Source of the DNA: an uncultured archaeon
GTDB taxonomy: Archaea; Iainarchaeota; Iainarchaeia; Iainarchaeales; 0-14-0-20-30-16
Direction of reading: 5' to 3'
DNA length: 13,762 nt
Assembly (NCBI GenBank): GCA_964480435.1
Contig: CAYZSS010000014.1
Span: forward strand, 1 to 13,762
This document shows, piece by piece, positions 1-7,259 of this stretch. A program made the translations under genes and the position numbers. The notes under the pieces were generated by a model. That model was not told the origin of the DNA, made no database searches, and saw nothing but the letters and a program-made list of their open reading frames with translations. How positions within the stretch are numbered: position 1 is the stretch's first letter; each line of letters begins with the position of its first letter.

Positions 1-31
1 GACTATCTAATCGAAAGAAAAGTGAGCATTG

Positions 32-973
32 TTATTTACTTTGATTAACTAAAGTAGCATATTTATCAAAACCAGAAGTTGCAACTATTTTCCCAGCTTT
101 ATCCATTACATCGTTTCCACGAACATAACAAGAATTAGTTAAGTTTGTTTTACAACCATTAGTGAAATAATTTGCTATTTGTGTATTACTACTATCATAA
201 AGAACTGTTTCGTTATCACCATCTTTACTTATTATCTGAAAACTATTACTTGTAGTTTGTTCATTTTCTACCTTTAAAAGGTATAAACAGCCTTTAGGCA
301 CAAAATTAGCATTATTAACTTTTATTTTACTCTCTCCACTTGAACCAAGCACATACAAAACGTCAGATGCTAATACCCCTTGGTCTTGAGTTTCCTGAGC
401 ATTAAGACAATTACCTGTCCAATAACTTCTTGGAATTTTATATTCTGAAACATATTGACAGGCTCCGCCACATACTGGCACAGGGATAATCTCTTCCACT
501 TTATAAAAATGATCAGTATCAGTTTCAGGGTCAACAGTAATGGTTTTTGATTTAAGACCATAAACTGTAATATTTGTATTTGAAGGACCAGGTCCAATTA
601 TTTTACACACGCTTTTTGGATCATTTGTTCTTGTATTTACTCCCCCCTTTTCTTTCCTTATCCCACTCCAAGTGCCATTCATCTGGGTTGTTGTTTGGGT
701 ACAGATAGGAACATCAAAATCTCCTTCTCCGGCATCACCAAAAACATCTATAAATCCTTTTTTAGGCTCCTCTCCAGTAAAACAAGCAAGAGTTTCTCCA
801 AAAAAAGTATACATCATTTTTTCCATCTGGCAATACATAGCCCCAACAGCGTCACTGTTTGTTGCCATTGTGTTTAATTGCTTACAGTAACAGAATTGAT
901 CATCACTTGGGAATGCAAACCCAATACTAGCAATTATAAAAATAGATAATATAAAAAAAATATATTTTTGCAT
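32..973 (-). CDS. Secreted or surface cysteine-rich protein, function unknown
   Basis: 313-aa ORF. The N-terminus MQKYIFFILSIFIIASIGFAF looks like a Sec signal peptide or anchor. The mature part has 12 Cys (an even number) and is T/N/G/S-rich and Lys-poor relative to neighbours. ATG 973 lies 23-30 nt downstream of TTTATATA and has no SD. No family recognised. Confidence 0.6.
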   Translation of the reverse strand: MQKYIFFILSIFIIASIGFAFPSDDQFCYCKQLNTMATNSDAVGAMYCQMEKMMYTFFGETLACFTGEEPKKGFIDVFGDAGEGDFDVPICTQTTTQMNGTWSGIRKEKGGVNTRTNDPKSVCKIIGPGPSNTNITVYGLKSKTITVDPETDTDHFYKVEEIIPVPVCGGACQYVSEYKIPRSYWTGNCLNAQETQDQGVLASDVLYVLGSSGESKIKVNNANFVPKGCLYLLKVENEQTTSNSFQIISKDGDNETVLYDSSNTQIANYFTNGCKTNLTNSCYVRGNDVMDKAGKIVATSGFDKYATLVNQSK

Positions 974-995
974 AATAAAGATATACTATTAAAGT

Positions 996-1003
996 TATAT
1001 AAA
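996..1003 (-). promoter_or_regulatory. Archaeal TATA box (TTTATATA on the - strand) placed for a leaderless transcript of 32..973
   Basis: The - strand reads cttaaaTTTATATAactttaatagtatatctttattATG. The box spans -30..-23 relative to the A of ATG 973, which is the usual TATA-to-TSS distance. An A-rich BRE-like stretch lies just upstream and no GTGA-type SD is present. Confidence 0.4.
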
Positions 1004-1009
1004 TTTAAG

Positions 1010-1432
1010 CTATATTACATCCAAAATCTTTACTTTAAAAAAGACATCTTTTCCTTCTATGGGGTTATAAAGCTTAAACTGTATCTCAAAGTCATCAAAA
1101 CTTACAATTTCAGCAGTCTGGGTTTTTCCACCATAATCCAAATCCAAAAGTTCACCTTTCTTTAGATCTTCCGGGATTTCATCAAAAAGCATATCTATTG
1201 GTAAAGAAAAGTGCGGGGTTTCTATACTTTTTATCTTTAATTCGAAATTTTCTCCCTTTTTTTTGCCTAAAAGTGCTTTCTCAAAGTAAGGATTTATTTT
1301 ATCAACACCATACTTAAATTCTAATGGCTTTTTTTCAGTTTGTTCATCAAAAAGTTTTCCATCACAAAAAGCCTGAAAGCTTATCTTTACTATACTTCCT
1401 TTTTTTATTTCGTTAACCATAATATACCACAT
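1010..1432 (-). CDS. FKBP-type peptidyl-prolyl cis-trans isomerase (short archaeal, SlyD-like)
   Basis: IKKGSIVKISFQAFCDGKLFDEQ...PLEFKYGVDKINPYFEKALLGKKKGENFELKI matches the FKBP core pattern (G.....GFE.AL.GM..GE). The stop is TAG 1010-1012. The start is uncertain: ATG 1432 overlaps the upstream TGA by 1 nt (TGATG), while ATG 1420 (MVNEIKKGS) follows a GTGG SD-like element. The TTG at 1435 in the ORF track is unlikely. Confidence 0.85.
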   Translation of the reverse strand: MWYIMVNEIKKGSIVKISFQAFCDGKLFDEQTEKKPLEFKYGVDKINPYFEKALLGKKKGENFELKIKSIETPHFSLPIDMLFDEIPEDLKKGELLDLDYGGKTQTAEIVSFDDFEIQFKLYNPIEGKDVFFKVKILDVI

Positions 1433-2544
1433 CAATATATTTTTTTTACATTACCTGAATTTACTTCAGAAATTATTAAATCTTTCAATAGACTTATGCT
1501 CTCATTAGGGATCTTTCCACCTGCTGCAAAAGGATGCCCTCCAAATTGCAAATCATCTATTTTGCTTTGAATTTTTCCAAAAACATCATAAATATCATAT
1601 GTATTTGACCTCATAGATAAGCTAGCAACCCCACCAAAGTTAATATTAATTGTAATTAAATATCCCGGATAATAAAGCCAAAGATAAGAAAATACAGCAT
1701 CTTTTGAGCTTGCTTCTGCAGCACTCATTTCCAAAAAAATCAATTTTTGTTCTGCATAAATTTCTAATTTATCTTTAATTCTTAATATTACTTCTTTATC
1801 TTTTTTCAGTTTTTTATATATTTCTTTTTCTAAAGGCTCAGGCAATACAAGCAGGTCAGATAAAGACTTATTAGTTAATTTTTCAATTAAAAGACAATAA
1901 ATCCTAAGACAAGAGGCATTATCTTTTGCCAGCAGGAATATCTTTTGAGCATTAAAAAAGAACCACGAAATTTGAGTACCCAAAAAGAAAGGCTGTTCAT
2001 CTTGTTTTATTTTTAAATATTCCAAAGAGTTTGGAAACATTGAATCCCCCACAGACCCAATTGTCCCAATTAATTTCATTTCGTGGTTTTCACCAAATAA
2101 TTCATTATAAACATCATAGCAAAGTGCACATGCAGAAGGTCTGTATATGTCTTTATCTAATGGGCAATACCAAACCGCATTTTCATAACCATAGCCTTGC
2201 TTATTATGGTGGTCTACAATAAATATTTTCTTTCCGGATTTTTCTGCGTGAATAGATAAGTAGTCCAAATAGATTACTACTTGTGATTCTTTTATTCTTT
2301 TGGATAATTCATGGCTTGCGGAAAGTTCTGCTCCCCTAATTTCATTGTCACCAAAGTAGACAAAATAATCTAGTTTGTAAATTAATCCAAGTTTATCAAG
2401 AATTTTTGAAAATACTACAGCAGAAGTTATTCCGTCTGCATCATTATGTGCTACAATTAGGGTTTCCTTTTTTTCCTTATAGGTTTCTTTAAATTGTTTT
2501 ACAAAAGGAAGAAGGTGATTTTGTCTAGCTTCTTCATATTTCAC
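1432..2544 (-). CDS. RecJ-like DHH/DHHA1 family phosphoesterase (RecJ/GAN-type nuclease or nanoRNase)
   Basis: DHH motifs are present: LIVAHNDADGITS (motifs I-II), FIVDHHN (motif III, DHH) and C-terminal GGHPFAAGG (DHHA1 GGGH-type). The start is GTG 2544, preceded by a strong SD (tGGTGATatagGTG). There is no in-frame ATG before the catalytic motifs. Confidence 0.85.
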   Translation of the reverse strand: MKYEEARQNHLLPFVKQFKETYKEKKETLIVAHNDADGITSAVVFSKILDKLGLIYKLDYFVYFGDNEIRGAELSASHELSKRIKESQVVIYLDYLSIHAEKSGKKIFIVDHHNKQGYGYENAVWYCPLDKDIYRPSACALCYDVYNELFGENHEMKLIGTIGSVGDSMFPNSLEYLKIKQDEQPFFLGTQISWFFFNAQKIFLLAKDNASCLRIYCLLIEKLTNKSLSDLLVLPEPLEKEIYKKLKKDKEVILRIKDKLEIYAEQKLIFLEMSAAEASSKDAVFSYLWLYYPGYLITININFGGVASLSMRSNTYDIYDVFGKIQSKIDDLQFGGHPFAAGGKIPNESISLLKDLIISEVNSGNVKKIY

Positions 2545-2566
2545 CTATATCACCAGCCAGAGCCAT

Positions 2567-2848
2567 TTATACTAATTCTGCTTGTTTCTTCATTCTGCTC
2601 TTTACAATATAATATGTCTTTTGCCCACAGTCTTTACAAGTTCCCAAGTATGTTGGTCTTTTACACTGTTTTTTCCTAGGCATTACGTGCCTTGCTTTTC
2701 CACCATATCCGGCAACATGGTTTGCCTCGTGTTTTCTTGTGTGCTCCCCCATAGCTCTCTTCTGCCCAGCCTTAAACTGTTTCAAAACATGTGTCTTATG
2801 AGACTTACACTTTTCACAATAAAGTTTAATTTCTTTTGGAATCTGCAT
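2567..2848 (-). CDS. rpl44e: 50S ribosomal protein L44e (eL42)
   Basis: IPKEIKLYCEKCKSHKTHVLKQFKAG...GYGGK...C.DCGQK matches the L44e/eL42 zinc-ribbon pattern (CxxC...CxxC with a GYGG core). The preferred start is ATG 2848 (MQIPKE), preceded by GGTGAGTGAGTAAA. The GTG at 2857 in the ORF track lies inside that SD. Confidence 0.9.
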   Translation of the reverse strand: MQIPKEIKLYCEKCKSHKTHVLKQFKAGQKRAMGEHTRKHEANHVAGYGGKARHVMPRKKQCKRPTYLGTCKDCGQKTYYIVKSRMKKQAELV

Positions 2849-2898
2849 TTTACTCACTCACCTAATAATTAGTTATAGGATATTTATGTAAGCTATAC

Positions 2899-2928
2899 AT
2901 TTATAAGTCTAATCTGTGTATTTTATAA
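2899..2928. promoter_or_regulatory. Divergent promoter region with two TATA-like boxes (L44e operon leftward, membrane-protein/SMC unit rightward)
   Basis: TTATAAAT on the - strand (2906->2899) would put a TSS about 28 nt upstream of the L44e ATG, upstream of its SD. TTTTATAA on the + strand (2921-2928) would put a TSS near 2951, giving a ~17-nt leader containing GTGAT before ATG 2968. Confidence 0.3.
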
Positions 2929-2967
2929 GAAAAGAGCCCATCAGGGACATTCGGAAGACGTGATATT

Positions 2968-3687
2968 ATGGATAATTCTTTTATTCGAGGACTTATGGAT
3001 TCATTCAAAAACTGGAAAGCTTTGCTTTTGAACATGATTTTTACTGCCATAATGCTTCTCATAACAGCATATTTTGTTGCTTATATTATTGAAAACATAA
3101 CCATCTTGGCAGTTACAAACAATCTAAGCCTATTTGCTGCTTTTGGATACTATATTACCCTTAACCCCTTAGATATTTTTATACTTATTTTAAGCGCAAT
3201 TGCCCTTCTTCTGGTGGGAGCTTTAGCACCAACAATAACATTAAACCTTTTCGAAAAAAAGTCGTTATTCTCGGGATATTGGAAAGTTGTTGGTTTACTA
3301 GTATTTGTATTTTTGTTATCTCTACTTTTTATAGTATTAATAAATGTCCTTGATTTCAATATTTGGGTTTTTGTTATTTTCTTTATTATTGCAATTATTT
3401 TGTGGTTTTTCCTAATGACGAGGTTATTTTTCCTTGTCCCAAACATAGTTTTAGACGACTCCACTTTTACTGAGGCATGGATAAATGCACGAGAAAAAGT
3501 AAAGGGAAAATATGCAAATGTGATTGTTATATTAATCATATTTTTTGCATTAATGCATTTCATAGACACCCTTTCAATTGCGTTATTTAGCTTCTATGTA
3601 AGTTATTTTTGGTTTGTTATTATTGTATCTGTCCTCGCTGGTTTTTTAGGGACTTGGATTTTAATGACTATGTTCCACAAGTATTAA
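2968..3687 (+). CDS. Polytopic integral membrane protein (about 6 TM), function unknown
   Basis: 239-aa ORF made almost entirely of long hydrophobic segments separated by short polar loops. One loop (LDDSTFTEAWINAREKVKGKY) is typical of small uncharacterised membrane-protein families. No catalytic motif recognised. Confidence 0.7.
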   Translation: MDNSFIRGLMDSFKNWKALLLNMIFTAIMLLITAYFVAYIIENITILAVTNNLSLFAAFGYYITLNPLDIFILILSAIALLLVGALAPTITLNLFEKKSLFSGYWKVVGLLVFVFLLSLLFIVLINVLDFNIWVFVIFFIIAIILWFFLMTRLFFLVPNIVLDDSTFTEAWINAREKVKGKYANVIVILIIFFALMHFIDTLSIALFSFYVSYFWFVIIVSVLAGFLGTWILMTMFHKY

Positions 3688-3700
3688 TGTTACAAAGCCG

Positions 3701-3791
3701 AGAGTGAAATAAATGTCAAGAAAGCAATTTTTAAAAAGAAAAATAGTTTCAGGACATTTAAATCAAAAAAGAGTGAAATAAATGTTAAGGA
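3701..3791 (+). repeat. Direct duplication of the RBS plus start-codon block (AGAGTGAAATAAATGTyAAGrA) 69 nt apart
   Basis: 3701-3722 agagtgaaataaatgtcaagaa versus 3770-3791 agagtgaaataaatgttaagga (20/22 identical). There is weaker residual similarity further on (tttcaggacatttaa at 3747 versus ttttaggacccttaa at 3823). Confidence 0.8.
3713..3781 (+). CDS. Possible 22-codon basic upstream ORF (MSRKQFLKRKIVSGHLNQKRVK) abutting the SMC start
   Basis: It has the same GAGTGA-AATAA-ATG initiation context as SMC. Its TAA (3779-3781) is immediately followed by SMC ATG 3782. It may instead be a decayed duplicate of the SMC 5' end. No homology recognised. Confidence 0.25.
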   Translation: MSRKQFLKRKIVSGHLNQKRVK

Positions 3792-6586
3792 TACGGAAAC
3801 TAAATATAGAGGATTTTAAATCTTTTAGGACCCTTAATATTAAGTTTAAAGACGGCTTAACAGCAGTAGTAGGGCCAAATGGTTGTGGAAAAAGTAATCT
3901 TTTTGATGCCATTCTTTTTGTATTAGGGAACACAGCTTCCAAAAAATTAAGATACACTACTATTGAGGATTTAATCAATAAAGATTCTGAAAACAAAATT
4001 GCAAAAGTATCTATTTCTTTAGAAAATAGCGAAAAAAAAGAAGAGTACAAAATTTCAAGAGAAGTTTCTGAAAAGGGATCAGTTTTCAGATTAAATGGAT
4101 CCAGAACCACTTTAGAAGCAATTACCAATTTACTTGGCAATTATAACATTTATTCTGATGGACATAATTTTATTCTACAAGACAAAATTAAAAAAATTAC
4201 TGACGCAACAGATTTAGAAAGAAAAAAAATCATAGATGAAATTGCAGGAATAGAAAAATTTGAAGATACACTAAAAAGCACAAAAGACAACCTAAACAAA
4301 GTTGAGGAAAAATTAGAAAAGATTATGTTAGTATTAAACGAAAAAGAAGACTGGCTTAAGTCTTTAAAATCACAAAAGGACGCAGCAGAAAAGTTTATTG
4401 AATATAACAATAAAAAAACCACAATAAAAGCGGTTATTTTTAGAAAGCAAAAAGAGCATACTGAAAAAGAAATCACAAAACTTGACGAAAAAATAAGCAC
4501 AACCACCAAAGAAATTACTGAACTTACTAAGGAATTGGAAAATACAAAAACAGATCGCGAAAATTTTGATACTAAATTAAAAGAATTTGTTAAAGAGGTT
4601 GAAAAACAAACAACCAAATATGAGCACTACAAAGAAGAGTTTACAAAAAAAGAATTAATTTTACAGAATGATGCAAGAAACGAAAATAAAGTAGATAGAG
4701 AAAAGAAATATTTAGAAGCAGACATTCAAACAAAAACAAAAGATATTGAAAAAACAAATAAAAAAATCGAGGAATTAGACCAAAGGATTTCAGAAATAGC
4801 CGAAGAGCTAAGAAACTCAGAAAGCACAATTATTGAAACAAAACAATTTAGCACATTCACATATGACACACAATTAGAAAAAATTGAGCGAGAAGTTTCT
4901 GCTTTACAAGCAAAGATTGCAGAACTAGAAAAAAACCACCCTGACGCGCTAGAAAAAATAAAAGAAACTGACGATTTAAGAGAAAAGATAAAGAGTCTAG
5001 AACAGGAAATAAAAATCGTTGAAGTTGAAAAGAATACTATTTCTAATAATTACACAGAAGAAGAAAATGTAATATATATAAAAGATGAAACTGAGATACC
5101 ACAGCTTTTAGAAGATTTGGTTAGTGAAAATAAATACGGCACATTTGTATTTGCACTAGAAAACTCTGAATTTGAAGACTGCCAGATAGAAAATACAAAA
5201 AGATCTGGGCCAATATATATTACTACGTTAAGCCCAACAGAGCAGTTAAATACACTTGATTCAAAAAGTGATGAGTTAAATAGAACAATAGTTGGATTCA
5301 CAAAAGAATTGGAAATAAAAGAATCGCAAAAAGAGGACTTCTTAAATAAAATTAACAATGAAAGAGAAATAAAAAAAGGCAGATTATTAGAGCAATTATC
5401 AAAAAGAATAAGTGAGCGGAAAACCGTCCTATCAGAAGTTGAAAAAATTAGAACTGAAGTAAACAAAATAAAACTACAACAAAAAAACGCAGAGATAATA
5501 AATAACAAAAAAATTGAAATAGAAAAAATTAAAGAAGAAATAAAATACAAGTCAGAATTAATCTTATTTTATAAAAATGAAATAAAAAGTATTGAAAAAA
5601 ATATAGAGCAAAAAAACGCAGAATTATACAAATTAAAAGAAAAAATTAATTTAGACACTTTAGAAATCGTTCAAGATAAAGTAAACCTAAGTATTGAACA
5701 TAAAACCCTTGAAGATCAAATTCAAGAAAAAAATAACTTACAAAACAAGTTAACCTTGGCTAGCCAAAAAATAATGGATCTAAAAAATAGTACAACCCTA
5801 AAACAAAGCCAGAGTGAACAAGCCAAACGAGATCTTACTCAGAAGAGGAATGAATTAGTTGAAATTAATGAAGAAATTAATGCATTTGTTAAAATTAATA
5901 CAGGTTTTATTATTGATTTAGAATCCAAAGACACAAATAAGGCAGTACATATATTAAAAATAGAAATTACAGAGTTAGAGGATAACATTATTAAGTTAGG
6001 TCCTGTGAATCACAAGGCGATAGAAGATTATAATAGACTTTTTGAAGAAGTAGGAGAAATAGAAAACAAAACAAAGAAACTTTCAGAAGAAAAAGAAAAA
6101 GTATTAGAATTGCTAAACAAAATAAACTTAGAAAAAACAACAGCATTTATGGAAAACTTTTCTGCGATAAAAGAAAAATTCGAAAAAAACGTTGTTGAAA
6201 TTGGATTAGGAACAGGAGAACTTGCTATTACAGATAAAGATCTTGACAAGGCAGGAATAAAAATCACCATAAAACAAAAAAGAAATAAAAAAAGTCTGCA
6301 GAGTTTATCAGGAGGAGAAAAATCACTTGTTTCCGTTGCATTTATACTAGCAATTTTAGAACACAAGCCGGCAAGTTTTTATTTATTAGATGAAATTGAT
6401 GCTGCTCTGGATTATCAAAATACAGATAAAATAGTAAAACTGTTAAAAACTTTATCAAAAGAAACACAAATTTTTGTGATTTCACACAATACAGAAACAA
6501 TAAAACTTTGTGACTATGTTTTAGGAATAACAAAGAATACCAGAGGAACAAGCATCATAGGGGTTACCAAGGAACTAATTTCATGA
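3782..6586 (+). CDS. smc: SMC-family chromosome-organisation ATPase (compact, 934 aa)
   Basis: The N-terminus is MLRIRKLNIEDFKSF with Walker A GPNGCGKSN (aa 31-39) and Q-loop ILQD. Two long K/E-rich heptad regions are present. The C-terminal head has signature LSGGEKSL, Walker B/D-loop FYLLDEIDAALD and H-loop FVISHN. There is no CxxC zinc hook. Confidence 0.9.
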   Translation: MLRIRKLNIEDFKSFRTLNIKFKDGLTAVVGPNGCGKSNLFDAILFVLGNTASKKLRYTTIEDLINKDSENKIAKVSISLENSEKKEEYKISREVSEKGSVFRLNGSRTTLEAITNLLGNYNIYSDGHNFILQDKIKKITDATDLERKKIIDEIAGIEKFEDTLKSTKDNLNKVEEKLEKIMLVLNEKEDWLKSLKSQKDAAEKFIEYNNKKTTIKAVIFRKQKEHTEKEITKLDEKISTTTKEITELTKELENTKTDRENFDTKLKEFVKEVEKQTTKYEHYKEEFTKKELILQNDARNENKVDREKKYLEADIQTKTKDIEKTNKKIEELDQRISEIAEELRNSESTIIETKQFSTFTYDTQLEKIEREVSALQAKIAELEKNHPDALEKIKETDDLREKIKSLEQEIKIVEVEKNTISNNYTEEENVIYIKDETEIPQLLEDLVSENKYGTFVFALENSEFEDCQIENTKRSGPIYITTLSPTEQLNTLDSKSDELNRTIVGFTKELEIKESQKEDFLNKINNEREIKKGRLLEQLSKRISERKTVLSEVEKIRTEVNKIKLQQKNAEIINNKKIEIEKIKEEIKYKSELILFYKNEIKSIEKNIEQKNAELYKLKEKINLDTLEIVQDKVNLSIEHKTLEDQIQEKNNLQNKLTLASQKIMDLKNSTTLKQSQSEQAKRDLTQKRNELVEINEEINAFVKINTGFIIDLESKDTNKAVHILKIEITELEDNIIKLGPVNHKAIEDYNRLFEEVGEIENKTKKLSEEKEKVLELLNKINLEKTTAFMENFSAIKEKFEKNVVEIGLGTGELAITDKDLDKAGIKITIKQKRNKKSLQSLSGGEKSLVSVAFILAILEHKPASFYLLDEIDAALDYQNTDKIVKLLKTLSKETQIFVISHNTETIKLCDYVLGITKNTRGTSIIGVTKELIS

Positions 6587-6618
6587 AATGAAATTATTCC
6601 AGGGTCTAAACAAACTTA

Positions 6619-7248
6619 TTATACCATTTTATTATAAAATTCTTTTACATTTCTATAATGCGGTAAAGAATATTTTTTTGCAAGTTCTCGTGATAAAGCG
6701 GTATAACCAAATATCCCTACAGGTGTTATCTTTACTGTTTTATTAAAAATTACTTCGTTGTATTCAAATAATTTATACTTTGTTTTTTCTATTGGTTTTA
6801 GCCCTTTATTTTTTCTAAACTTGTTAACTAAATTAAATGCATTCTCAGGGGATTTTATTTTTTTAATCATACTCTCAGGAGTTTCAAACATAAATTGTTC
6901 AAAACCAGGCAACAATTCATGACCATAATATTCATGTAATTTGTTTTGAATTCGATAATAATGAACAACCAAGTTATTTATATTTGTTAAAACCACTAAA
7001 TCAAAAGGATAAACTTGATCTGGTTTCTGAACGGTTTTAAATATTACCCCTTGAGATCTGTATGTTTTTAAATAATTTTTATGAAGATAACTACAAGCAA
7101 GTCTTTTCTTTTTTCCAAAACTAAGTGTATTTGGCTTAAGTAATCCAGACTCCAATATTTTATCTAAAGACTGAAAATCTATTTTTGTTTTGTTTTTTAA
7201 AGTTTTTAAAACAAAATCATTTTCAAAAGACTTTACAAAATACCCCAT
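6619..7248 (-). CDS. Hypothetical protein (209 aa), possibly ADP-ribosyltransferase-fold-like
   Basis: The ORF has its own SD (TAGTGATTAA-ATG) in the 11-nt gap after cmk, so it is probably co-transcribed. No confident family. The weak ART/PARP-like patterns (SLDKILESGLL...FGK and KLFEYNEVIF....V.I..VGIFGY) are discussed in findings. Confidence 0.6.
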   Translation of the reverse strand: MGYFVKSFENDFVLKTLKNKTKIDFQSLDKILESGLLKPNTLSFGKKKRLACSYLHKNYLKTYRSQGVIFKTVQKPDQVYPFDLVVLTNINNLVVHYYRIQNKLHEYYGHELLPGFEQFMFETPESMIKKIKSPENAFNLVNKFRKNKGLKPIEKTKYKLFEYNEVIFNKTVKITPVGIFGYTALSRELAKKYSLPHYRNVKEFYNKMV

Positions 7249-7259
7249 TTAATCACTAC

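Noticed and set aside
2582-2872. 96-aa + strand ORF mirroring the L44e gene
   Set aside because: It is an exact antisense shadow of a gene with an unmistakable L44e/eL42 sequence. Its product is a hydrophobic low-complexity string with no initiation signals.
370-4140. Other short overlapping ORFs in the track (370..597, 672..890, 695..877, 968..1165, 1340..1570, 2031..2222, 2494..2679, 3150..3569, 3763..4140). The same applies to 7351..7641, 8715..8924, 9125..9457 and 9519..9734.
   Set aside because: All are nested in or antisense to better-supported genes, lack the GTGA-N5-ATG or leaderless TATA context, and show no motifs.
4150-6551. Five - strand ORFs inside the SMC gene (4150..4617, 4641..4829, 5050..5550, 6028..6366, 6342..6551)
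   Set aside because: They are F/S/L/I-rich antisense translations of the K/E-rich coiled-coil codons. They have no SD or TATA context or recognisable motifs and lie wholly inside a gene with strong motif support.
3782-6586. Rad50 identity for the 934-aa ABC coiled-coil ATPase
   Set aside because: There is no CxxC zinc hook anywhere in the coiled-coil region (the only central Cys is in EDCQIE) and no adjacent Mre11-like phosphoesterase. The N-terminal FKSF and GPNGCGKSN and the C-terminal LSGGEKSL/DEIDAALD fit SMC better.
6584-6618. tgaaatgaaatt tandem at the SMC stop and the convergent spacer as a structured terminator
   Set aside because: It is only a 5-nt unit repeated twice. The 32-nt spacer has no convincing stem-loop or oligo-T run.
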